Shown piece by piece: positions 7,621-15,138 of a stretch of 32,000 nt of DNA. The stretch's first letter is position 1; the number at the start of each line of letters is the position of its first letter. The DNA comes from Candidatus Saccharimonadota bacterium (lineage in GTDB: Bacteria > Patescibacteriota > Saccharimonadia > Saccharimonadales > Saccharimonadaceae), in NCBI RefSeq assembly GCF_025273655.1, contig NZ_CP045921.1:510001-542000 (forward strand), given 5' to 3'. The notes under the pieces were generated by a model. That model worked only from the letters and a program-made list of their open reading frames with translations, was not told where the DNA came from and ran no database searches. The translations under genes and the position numbers were made by a program.

Positions 7621-8196
7621 TTATGCCCTGAACACTTTTGCGATGGCTTTGACTATCAAATTTGCATCGTAGATAAGCGAGCCGTGTGTGACATCAAATA
7701 CCTCCATCTCCTTCTGAAGCTCTTGTGAGGCGATATCGTGATCGCCGAAATGAGATTCGATGCTAAAAGTGCCGACAAGGCCTGGTCGTGTCGGTACGAC
7801 TAGCGAAAGGTGCTGGATGTCGAGGGGAGTGTAGGGCTCCGCATACCGCTTGACATGATCAATGGGTGCCAACTGTCGCCAACCAACCATCGACATGGTA
7901 CCTGCGCGTATCTGACGGTGCTGTGCAAACTCGTCGATGCCCATTCGCTCCATGAAGCTAGCGAGTGTATTGAGCGGTTCATTATCGTCATTTGTAGTGC
8001 GAATTTTGTCGATATCACCGAGGCTGGCAAACGCGCCAACTCGCTTCTCGGTGCGCAGATATTCCGTGTTACGAAAAAGATCCGACGCTCGAAGCGCCTG
8101 GAGTGCAACTGCCGCAGGCAGGCGCAATGTATGGGCGACAGCCAGATCGAACACACGTTTTTCGCGCGAATGGGCGTATTCAACACCTGTTTTCAT
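7621..8196 (-). CDS. divergent PglC-like small phosphoglycosyl (bacterial sugar) transferase
   Basis: Collinear with PglC-type motifs: KRVFDLAVA (KRxxD), DKIRTT (KFRTM), GIDEFAQHRQIRAGTMSMVGWRQ (DELPQLxNVLxGDMSxVGPRP), TRPGLVG (RPGITG). Several motifs are degraded. Start at the ATG at 8196 has TACAAT 6 nt upstream. Confidence 0.55.
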   Translation of the reverse strand: MKTGVEYAHSREKRVFDLAVAHTLRLPAAVALQALRASDLFRNTEYLRTEKRVGAFASLGDIDKIRTTNDDNEPLNTLASFMERMGIDEFAQHRQIRAGTMSMVGWRQLAPIDHVKRYAEPYTPLDIQHLSLVVPTRPGLVGTFSIESHFGDHDIASQELQKEMEVFDVTHGSLIYDANLIVKAIAKVFRA

Positions 8197-8287
8197 ATCG
8201 ATATTGTACGAATCGCATAGAGAAGTTACAAGCGAAAAATAAATACTCCCCCAGGTGAGGGAGTATTTATGTGCGACGAGGTAACGA

Positions 8288-8713
8288 TTACTCGACGACT
8301 TCAACACCCATACTGCGGGCGGTACCAGCGATTGTCTTCACTGCACCATCGAGATCGACAGCGTTGAGCATTTCCATCTTGGCATTGGCGATTTCTTCGA
8401 GCTGGGCACGAGTAATCTTACCAACCTTCTCTGCATGTGGCTTGCCACTGCCTTTTTGGATACCGATAGCGGCGCGAATTGCATCGTCTACAGGCTGACC
8501 GAGGCTTTTCCAAGTAAATGTGCGATCTTCGAACACTTGGATGTGCACGATGACATCTTTACCCATGTCACCTTTTGTGGCATCGTTAAATGGATTGATG
8601 AAGTCCATCATGTTGAGGCCCCACTGACCAAGTGTGCTACCTACAGGAGGACCTGCTGATGCACGGCCGGCTGGGATACGGAGTTTGAGATTACCGATAA
8701 TCTTTTTTGCCAT
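8288..8713 (-). CDS. rplK: 50S ribosomal protein L11
   Basis: MAKKIIGNLKLRIPAGRASAGPPVGSTLGQ... is a canonical L11 sequence; 141 aa; AAAGGA RBS. Confidence 0.97.
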   Translation of the reverse strand: MAKKIIGNLKLRIPAGRASAGPPVGSTLGQWGLNMMDFINPFNDATKGDMGKDVIVHIQVFEDRTFTWKSLGQPVDDAIRAAIGIQKGSGKPHAEKVGKITRAQLEEIANAKMEMLNAVDLDGAVKTIAGTARSMGVEVVE

Positions 8714-8826
8714 AGTTGTGTAATTCCTTTGACTAAATAACTATTTGAAGCGTTATTATTTAGTGCGTAACCTGCATATTGTAGCAAAAAACCGACGTTC
8801 TGGCAACAACGTGTATACTAGAAACC

Positions 8827-9399
8827 ATGAGCGTTATACAGCGATCTAGCCGGTTCCCCTCGTGGCGTACTATGCTGGCGAACTATATCGGGGGCCTGGG
8901 ATATTATGCGTGGCATATGGCATGGATGGTAGTGACTTTGCTAGTGTTTTTGCGAGGTCTGCAGTTCTTGCTTTTCAAGGGTCAGACGCTTTTGTATGTA
9001 CCTGCCCAGACAGCTCAGTATGACGCCCCTCCAGCCAGTACGGGACTCTTGAGCGAACTGCTGCTCAGTATATTGACGGCTGTGCTCGTACTTGCTGTGG
9101 TAGTGTTTGTCGTATGTCTTCCCTATTGGATTGGCTACATGTCGCGCAGTCTTCCGCGCTGGTGCTTAGCGCAAACATCCTGGAAACTGATTCCGCGTAA
9201 CCTGTATAGGACGAAGCTCATCGCTACGGCGGCTGTATTCGTATGCGCTGTACCTGTGTTGTATTATCCCGGGGCAGCTGCACATGCCAATATCGGGTTT
9301 TTCTTTGTGAGCGTGCTTTGCTTGGTCGCATTTATTTGTTTTTGGCTGCAATACCTATGTACAACGCTCTGGAAAATTCCAGAGCGTCACATATTTTGA
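8827..9399 (+). CDS. hypothetical integral membrane protein (~4 TM helices)
   Basis: Hydrophobic segments throughout. TATACT lies exactly 7 nt upstream of the ATG. The gene sits on the opposite strand between nusG and rplK. Confidence 0.55.
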   Translation: MSVIQRSSRFPSWRTMLANYIGGLGYYAWHMAWMVVTLLVFLRGLQFLLFKGQTLLYVPAQTAQYDAPPASTGLLSELLLSILTAVLVLAVVVFVVCLPYWIGYMSRSLPRWCLAQTSWKLIPRNLYRTKLIATAAVFVCAVPVLYYPGAAAHANIGFFFVSVLCLVAFICFWLQYLCTTLWKIPERHIF

Positions 9400-9415
9400 A
9401 AGTAAGCTGAAGTGA

Positions 9416-9961
9416 TTAGACTTTTTTGACCTGCAAAGCGTCTAGCTCTACTGGTGTGTCGCGACCAAACATGCTAACCATGACTTTAAGCTTACCTTTG
9501 GCATAGTCGATTTCACTGATCGCGCCATCGAAACCTTTGAACGGACCATCAGTGATAGAGACCACTTCTCCTTCTTTGTAGTCGATCTGGTGTTTTGGCT
9601 CTTCAACGCCCATGCGTTTTTTGATCTTGCGGATTTCTACCTCAGATACTGGCGTAGGATCAGTGCCGCTACCCACGAAGCCAGTTACACCGGGCGTGTT
9701 GCGCACGATATACCAAGTTTCTTCGGTAAGCTTCATCTCGACAAGTACGTAGCCTTGGAAAATCTTGCGGTCGACAACTTTTCGTTTACCGTTTTTGATC
9801 TCGATTTGCTTTTCTTTTGGCACCATGACATCGAAAATCTTGTCGGCCATGTCAACAGCATTGATACGCTGACGGATGCTGTCGGCTACCTTGTCTTCGT
9901 AGCCGCTATACGTGTGAATGGCGTACCATTGTTTAGTAGAGTCATATCGTTTTCGGACCAT
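9416..9961 (-). CDS. nusG: transcription termination/antitermination factor NusG
   Basis: NGN domain (WYAIHTYSGYEDKV) and KOW domain (GEVVSITDGPFKGFDGAISEID); 181 aa; 6 nt downstream of secE. Confidence 0.95.
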   Translation of the reverse strand: MVRKRYDSTKQWYAIHTYSGYEDKVADSIRQRINAVDMADKIFDVMVPKEKQIEIKNGKRKVVDRKIFQGYVLVEMKLTEETWYIVRNTPGVTGFVGSGTDPTPVSEVEIRKIKKRMGVEEPKHQIDYKEGEVVSITDGPFKGFDGAISEIDYAKGKLKVMVSMFGRDTPVELDALQVKKV

Positions 9962-9967
9962 GTTTCG

Positions 9968-10303
9968 TTATCCTTTCACCAGGAAATCAAATAAATATTT
10001 AAATACTGCATCGAGCGCGATGACAAGTAGGAAGAAGAAGATAGAATACACGACGACGGCAAATGTAAGGCCCCAGGTGGCTTTGCGATCCGGCCAGCGT
10101 ACTTGCTTGAGTTCGCGCCATGCACCGATAAAATAGTTATCGCGCTGCTTCTTTACTTTTGATTTTTTGGTTGTGTCGGCTGGTTTGGCGGCGACTTTGT
10201 CTGTCTTGACTGTTTGCTTTTTAGCTGGTTTCTTCGCACCGTCGGTCGAGGCCACAACGCGGGTGGTCACTTTCGATGACGATGCTTTTTTCTTGTCTGC
10301 CAA
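9968..10303 (-). CDS. secE: preprotein translocase subunit SecE with a Lys-rich N-terminal extension
   Basis: C-terminal WRELKQVRWPDRKATW plus a single TM helix, typical of SecE. TTG start is preceded by GGGAGAAG. Position upstream of nusG fits. Confidence 0.85.
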   Translation of the reverse strand: MADKKKASSSKVTTRVVASTDGAKKPAKKQTVKTDKVAAKPADTTKKSKVKKQRDNYFIGAWRELKQVRWPDRKATWGLTFAVVVYSIFFFLLVIALDAVFKYLFDFLVKG

Positions 10304-10402
10304 CGTTCTTCTCCCAAATTAAATAGTCTGCTCGTATGCAGACTGTCAAGACCAGTATAGCTATCTCTGTTTGCACTGTCAAGCCGTGCTACAATAAGCG
10401 GT

Positions 10403-11527
10403 ATGGAAATATACTTGGTGGGCGCATGGCTGGTAGCAACAAGTACAGCAGAGTTGGTAGCAATTGCGCGACTTCGCGCGATGCTGGCAAGGTTTCATCG
10501 CCGCGAGCTGCTCAGCACACCATCTATGGTGCGCGAGCTCCCAAGTGTCAGCGTGTGTATACCGGCACGCAACGAACGTCATGCTATGACTCGTTGCCTC
10601 GAATCTGTGCTCGGTAGCAATTACTCCAAGCTCGAAGTCATCGTACTTGATGATGAATCTGTGGACAATACGTCAAGCCTCATCAAGTCATTTGCCAAAG
10701 ATGGGGTGCGGTTTGTAGACGGTAGCACTCCGCCAGTAGGCTGGCTTGGTAAAAATTACGCCCTCAGTGTACTGCTGGGTGAAGCGAGCGGCACTTACGT
10801 GTTGTTTCTGGATGTTGACACGGTGCTTGCGCCGCATGCTATCGCGCAGTTGGTGGCGTATGCCGAATCTACCCAGTCAACCATGGTCTCGGTCTTGCCT
10901 CAGCGCAGCGATGTATGGCGTATGAGTGTCGTAGTGGCGCCACTGCGATATTTTTGGCATGTATTGTTTCATCGCCCGTCACGTCCAGTTGCAGCCAGTA
11001 GCGCATGGATGGTACGGCGCAAGGCACTAGTGCAAGATTTTGCTGAGCTGGCATCACTCCGCTCGGATGTTGAGCCGGAAGTGACCATAGCGAGGAAGTA
11101 TTTAGCAGAAGGTGCGTACAGATTTCTCACGAGCCATCAGCTGCTCGGCGTATCATATGAAAAGCGCATGAGCTCACAAATCGAAACAACGATTCGGCTG
11201 CGATACCCTCAGCTCGGATTTTCTGTATGGCGCAGTGTCCTGTCTTGCCTGCTCAAACTGGGTGTCGGTAGCGCGCCATGCGCCGCGGCGATTGTGCCCT
11301 CCCTGTGGCCGCTTGCCCTCGCCTCGTACCTCTTGGGCGCTTACTGCTATCTCTTGTATCTTTTGTTTGTGTGGGAGCGAGGCGCCTGGCTTGGCATGTG
11401 GCTGTGGCCTTTTGTATTGTTGGGTGATGCATGGCTGACGCTTGTGAGTATGATACGGTACCAGACGAATAGTGTCACCTGGAAGGGGCGACCGATTACT
11501 TCTCAGGTTGCTCGAGAGGAAGTGTAA
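10403..11527 (+). CDS. membrane-bound family 2 glycosyltransferase
   Basis: GT2 motifs VSVCIPARNE, VIVLDDESVDNT, FLDVDT, plus C-terminal TM helices. TACAAT lies 7 nt upstream of the ATG. Confidence 0.85.
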   Translation: MEIYLVGAWLVATSTAELVAIARLRAMLARFHRRELLSTPSMVRELPSVSVCIPARNERHAMTRCLESVLGSNYSKLEVIVLDDESVDNTSSLIKSFAKDGVRFVDGSTPPVGWLGKNYALSVLLGEASGTYVLFLDVDTVLAPHAIAQLVAYAESTQSTMVSVLPQRSDVWRMSVVVAPLRYFWHVLFHRPSRPVAASSAWMVRRKALVQDFAELASLRSDVEPEVTIARKYLAEGAYRFLTSHQLLGVSYEKRMSSQIETTIRLRYPQLGFSVWRSVLSCLLKLGVGSAPCAAAIVPSLWPLALASYLLGAYCYLLYLLFVWERGAWLGMWLWPFVLLGDAWLTLVSMIRYQTNSVTWKGRPITSQVAREEV

Positions 11528-13130
11528 TACTAAAAGTAGAGCCATGGTTGAGGCGACTTTTGAGTTCTATGGTCGTGCCAAGTTTTGCGGCAAGTTTTTT
11601 GGCGACATGTAGACCGAGACCAGTGCCTCGTGTCTCGCGCGTACGATAATCTTCGCTGCGATAAAATTTGTCAAAAATCTTCTCCTTGTCAGCTTTGCTA
11701 ATTCCAATCCCAGTGTCAGTAACAGCCAGAGTAACATGGCTTCGAGAGACAGTCGCGTGGAGCGTGACCGAACCTTGCTTGGTATATTTAATAGCGTTTG
11801 TCAAAAAGTTTTGCAGAAGTTCGCCGAGGTATAGCCTACTTGCAACTACTGAGCCAAGTTTATGTGGTGTATCAAGATTAAATTGTAAACCCGCTGAGTG
11901 TGCTGATTGGCTGTATTCGTGATACAGGCCATTAACCAGCTCTGTGAGATCAATATGTTCTACTTCGTCTGCAACGCCACGTTCGGCTCGCGATAGTGTG
12001 CTGAGGTCGTTAACCATGCGCGAGAGAAAAACCATCTGCTCGTGAGCTGCTTTCAGGGCTGGGCGGATACGATCTGGCGAGTCAAGCCCTTTGTCATACA
12101 TAGCCTCTATATTGCTTAGGGTGCCTTCAGCGATAGTGAGCGGTGTGCGGAGTTCATGACTGACGACGCTGATAAACTCATCGCGCTCTTCGTCGAGATT
12201 TTTCTGCTTGGTTATATCGCGAAGCAACAAGATAAATCCTTGGTCGATGTCGAGGCGAGCATGATGTTTTCCGACGCGGATAGGCGTGATTGAAACCTCC
12301 AGGCGGACAATGTCGTCGGAGTATTTGTAGAACAAGTCGTCATGCACCACGGTATATTTGCTCTTTTTCATGAGCGGAAATATATGGACACGATGCCCTT
12401 CTTCATCTCGTATTTTGAAGATCTCATCAATATGGTGCCCGCTTGGTGAGCCGTTTGTGTCGAGAATACTGAGGGCGGCAGCATTGTACATGCGGACAAT
12501 ACCGTGACTGTCGACACTGAGTACGCCTTGAGCGAGGTTGTTCATAAGCGTCGAAACTCGGTAACGCTCAAGCTCCGCCTGGGCTTTGCTGTGCTCAAGC
12601 ACGGCTTGTCGTACCCCTTGTATACGCAAGATGGCACTTACTACCACAGTAATGGCGACAAGAGCCAGTACCACAATTATGATATCGGCAATATTTGGTA
12701 AGCGAAGCTCAATTGCACGGTATATGTCGAGTATGATACCCAATGTGAGGACAGTAGCCGTCAAGATAAGTCCTTTGATACTGTAGACGCGGTATCCTTC
12801 GTAGAGGAGTAAGATCAATGCGAGACTGAGTAACGAGCCAAATCCGCTCGAGGTGAGGACGAGTCCAATCGCTACAATCTCTAGTGCCACAGTGCGAGCG
12901 AGCAGTATACGTGGATCTTTTTCGTGCGAAAGTATACTATAGCCTGCTAGTATGGCGCCACAAAACACCAGGAGAAAGAACACGCCTGAGCCCATGTAGC
13001 GCGTCTGGGGCAAAATTCCCACCATGACTAAATACCCTTGCAGCATAAAGAGGAGTGCGAATACAACACACGCCACACGTAACCACTTACCAGTCCTAAG
13101 TGCACGCCTGTTTTGATATTTCCTCGTCAT
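11496..13130 (-). CDS. sensor histidine kinase (multi-TM N-terminus, PAS-like region, HisKA, HATPase_c)
   Basis: H-box FISVVSHELRTPL, N-box LLQNFLTNAIKYT, G-boxes DTGIGI and GTGLGLHVAKK. AGGAG RBS. No response regulator in the window. Confidence 0.9.
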   Translation of the reverse strand: MTRKYQNRRALRTGKWLRVACVVFALLFMLQGYLVMVGILPQTRYMGSGVFFLLVFCGAILAGYSILSHEKDPRILLARTVALEIVAIGLVLTSSGFGSLLSLALILLLYEGYRVYSIKGLILTATVLTLGIILDIYRAIELRLPNIADIIIVVLALVAITVVVSAILRIQGVRQAVLEHSKAQAELERYRVSTLMNNLAQGVLSVDSHGIVRMYNAAALSILDTNGSPSGHHIDEIFKIRDEEGHRVHIFPLMKKSKYTVVHDDLFYKYSDDIVRLEVSITPIRVGKHHARLDIDQGFILLLRDITKQKNLDEERDEFISVVSHELRTPLTIAEGTLSNIEAMYDKGLDSPDRIRPALKAAHEQMVFLSRMVNDLSTLSRAERGVADEVEHIDLTELVNGLYHEYSQSAHSAGLQFNLDTPHKLGSVVASRLYLGELLQNFLTNAIKYTKQGSVTLHATVSRSHVTLAVTDTGIGISKADKEKIFDKFYRSEDYRTRETRGTGLGLHVAKKLAAKLGTTIELKSRLNHGSTFSITLPLEQPEK

Positions 13131-13166
13131 GATTGCTCCTAGTATACCCTACGAAGCATAAGCGTT

Positions 13167-13856
13167 TCAAATTGTAGGCGAATATTGCTTGATTGTGCGA
13201 CGATGTGCACTGTACTCCGGGTCAGCTTGCTCAACAAGTTGCCAAAAATCTCGGCTGTGATTCATCTGTTTTGTATGACATAATTCATGGATTAACACGT
13301 AGTCAATCAGCTCAAATGGCAGTTGCATAAGCGCAATGTTGAGGCTAATCGTGCCCCTACTACTGCAGCTTCCCCATCTGGTACTGGCATGTGAAAATCG
13401 GACACGCTCGTATTTACATCCGAGCTCGTCGGCAAGAGTGGAAAGGCGACGAGGTAAATAGTGCCTGGCTTCTTTGCGGAGTGCAACCAGAGTGTGTTCA
13501 CGTACCAACTGCTGTACGGCTGCGTCCGTGAGGTTGTAAGTCGGTGGTAACGTCAAAACAAGCTTGAGTTGTTGTCGCTTCAGGTGGAGGTTTGGTCCAC
13601 TTGTTACTAAGAGTGAGTGACTCTTGCCGATCTGCATGCCATCTGCGTAGGCAACTTTGGGCGCATGCTGCGTTAGCATGCTGCGGATTTGTGTGCGTGA
13701 ATCGGCGATGAGTTTTTTGAGACTGCGTGTGCTTGCGAATACTGGCATAGAGGCCCTCAGCATACCATTTGGTGCGACACTCAGCGTAATTGAGCGTGAG
13801 CGATGACTTTTGCGGATCGTAATAGCGCCAAATTCATCATCGGTATATATTGCCAC
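13167..13856 (-). CDS. YgjP-like (DUF45/M48-type) metal-dependent hydrolase
   Basis: C-terminal HELCHTKQMNHSRDFW (HExxH...H..FW), typical of the YgjP family. GTG start lies 6 nt after the upstream stop. Confidence 0.75.
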   Translation of the reverse strand: MAIYTDDEFGAITIRKSHRSRSITLSVAPNGMLRASMPVFASTRSLKKLIADSRTQIRSMLTQHAPKVAYADGMQIGKSHSLLVTSGPNLHLKRQQLKLVLTLPPTYNLTDAAVQQLVREHTLVALRKEARHYLPRRLSTLADELGCKYERVRFSHASTRWGSCSSRGTISLNIALMQLPFELIDYVLIHELCHTKQMNHSRDFWQLVEQADPEYSAHRRTIKQYSPTI

Positions 13857-13862
13857 GAGTCA

Positions 13863-14474
13863 CTATCCTATTTTGATCGAGTTTCCCTTGAGGGTTTGGC
13901 GTTTGGGTACCGTTAATGGTGTCTGGGCGGGGCGATTTGGATCGGCTAAGCGCCTCAGTATAGCGCGTAGTTGCGAGGCGTAGGTGTGTTTGCCGCTGAT
14001 TACCACGGCTTTCTCCTCTTCTCCAGGCGCCGTAAAGCGTTTCGCAAGATGTGCGTAGCGCTCATCAGGAAGGATAAAAATCTTGTCTTTATTGACTCGA
14101 CTCGCGCGCGTTGCACGATCATATGCAGTGTCGCCATCTGTTTGTACCCACACGAAGAGTGGCTCGTAATTATGCTTACGGATCCATTTGGCGAAGTTTT
14201 GCCTATCTACCTTAGCCTCGGTACTTGTTTCAACTAGAAATGTCTGCGAAGTCTTGAGAAGTTCGCTAATCTGCAGCATTACCAGTCTGTCGACGGTTTT
14301 TTGCTCGGCGGTATCGTAGACAGGATTTTGTGTGATGATACCGCGCACTTGGTCTGCCTCGACGTACGGCACGTTAAACGTCTCCGCGAACTTACTTGCA
14401 AACTGGGTTTTACCCACTCCAGGCTTACCGATCACGAAAATCACCCGCGGCGTAGTCAGACTCAACGATTTCAT
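13863..14474 (-). CDS. P-loop NTPase / kinase-like ATP-binding protein
   Basis: Walker A VIFVIGKPGVGKTQF. Start set at the ATG at 14474 (TATACT 7 nt upstream). The longer ORF to 14660 reads antisense through tRNA-Trp (GIEPRSS artefact). Confidence 0.7.
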   Translation of the reverse strand: MKSLSLTTPRVIFVIGKPGVGKTQFASKFAETFNVPYVEADQVRGIITQNPVYDTAEQKTVDRLVMLQISELLKTSQTFLVETSTEAKVDRQNFAKWIRKHNYEPLFVWVQTDGDTAYDRATRASRVNKDKIFILPDERYAHLAKRFTAPGEEEKAVVISGKHTYASQLRAILRRLADPNRPAQTPLTVPKRQTLKGNSIKIG

Positions 14475-14528
14475 ACGTATCAGTATAGCAGATAGTAGCC
14501 GTGCGGGCGAAATCAGGGCCTGATATGA

Positions 14529-14557
14529 TTTACATTTGCTAGAGGGATTGATATAGT
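14529..14557 (+). promoter_or_regulatory. promoter of tRNA-Trp (TTTACA-N17-TATAGT)
   Basis: Hexamers with a 17-nt spacer, ending 15 nt before the mature tRNA 5' end. Confidence 0.5.
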
Positions 14558-14572
14558 GATACGAGCTGCTAT

Positions 14573-14647
14573 AGGGGTATAGTACAGCGGTTAGTATATC
14601 GGTCTCCAAAACCGACGACCTAGGTTCGATTCCTAGTACCCCTGCCA
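14573..14647 (+). tRNA. tRNA-Trp (anticodon CCA), CCA end encoded
   Basis: Manual cloverleaf: acceptor AGGGGTA/TACCCCT, anticodon stem TCGGT/ACCGA with loop CTCCAAA, T-arm CTAGG-TTCGATT-CCTAG, discriminator G plus CCA; 75 nt. Confidence 0.93.
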
Positions 14648-14705
14648 ATATAAATGACACACTGTCAAAGGTATGTCATTTATATTTTATGCTATAATCA
14701 CAGAT

Positions 14706-15044
14706 ATGAACACCCACCAACTACAACTTGCCACCGTGCCATTTGATGCTATTACATCAGGCGCAAAAACGATTGAATCACGACTATATGATGAAAAACG
14801 CCAAACAATCCAGATTGGCGATACTATTGTCTTTACGAACCGAGAAAACACCGATCAAACCGTATCGGTAAAAGTTATCGGCTTGCTGCGCTACGAAACA
14901 TTCCACGATCTTTTCTCTCACAATGACCCTGCTAAGTTTGGTGGAGAGAGCGTTGAATGGCTTGAAAACCAGATCAACGAATTCTACTCTGTTGAACAGC
15001 AGAGGCAAGATGGCGTTATCGGCATCGAATTTGTGCTCCTGTAG
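14706..15044 (+). CDS. stand-alone ASCH (PUA-like) domain protein
   Basis: PFDAITSGAKTIESRL ... IQIGDTIVF ... GVIGIEFVLL matches the ASCH layout (GxKTxExR, C-terminal IEF). Start at the ATG at 14706 has an extended -10 (TGCTATAAT) ending 7 nt upstream. Confidence 0.7.
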   Translation: MNTHQLQLATVPFDAITSGAKTIESRLYDEKRQTIQIGDTIVFTNRENTDQTVSVKVIGLLRYETFHDLFSHNDPAKFGGESVEWLENQINEFYSVEQQRQDGVIGIEFVLL

Positions 15045-15045
15045 G

Positions 15046-15074
15046 TTGCATAAAACCATAAACTCTGTTATAAT
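15046..15074 (+). promoter_or_regulatory. near-consensus promoter (TTGCAT-N17-TATAAT with TG extension) upstream of the GC-rich gene
   Basis: Lies in the low-GC spacer and overlaps the stop of the ASCH gene. A leader of about 58 nt ends in a GGGAGG RBS. Confidence 0.55.
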
Positions 15075-15138
15075 CACTACCGTCCTATCCACCTGCTAGG
15101 TCAACCAAAAAATCCTAGCAATCATCGGGAGGTGTACC

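Noticed and set aside
8197-8307. Longer start (8307) for the PglC-like gene, overlapping rplK
   Set aside because: It would overlap the 3' end of rplK by 20 nt. The ATG at 8196 has a TACAAT box 6 nt upstream and begins just before the conserved KRxxD motif.
14475-14660. N-terminal extension of the 265-aa ORF (13863-14660, minus strand)
   Set aside because: The extension is an antisense read-through of tRNA-Trp (the AGVLGIEPRSSVLE peptide is the typical tRNA T-arm translation artefact). The real gene starts at the ATG at 14474 just before the Walker A motif.
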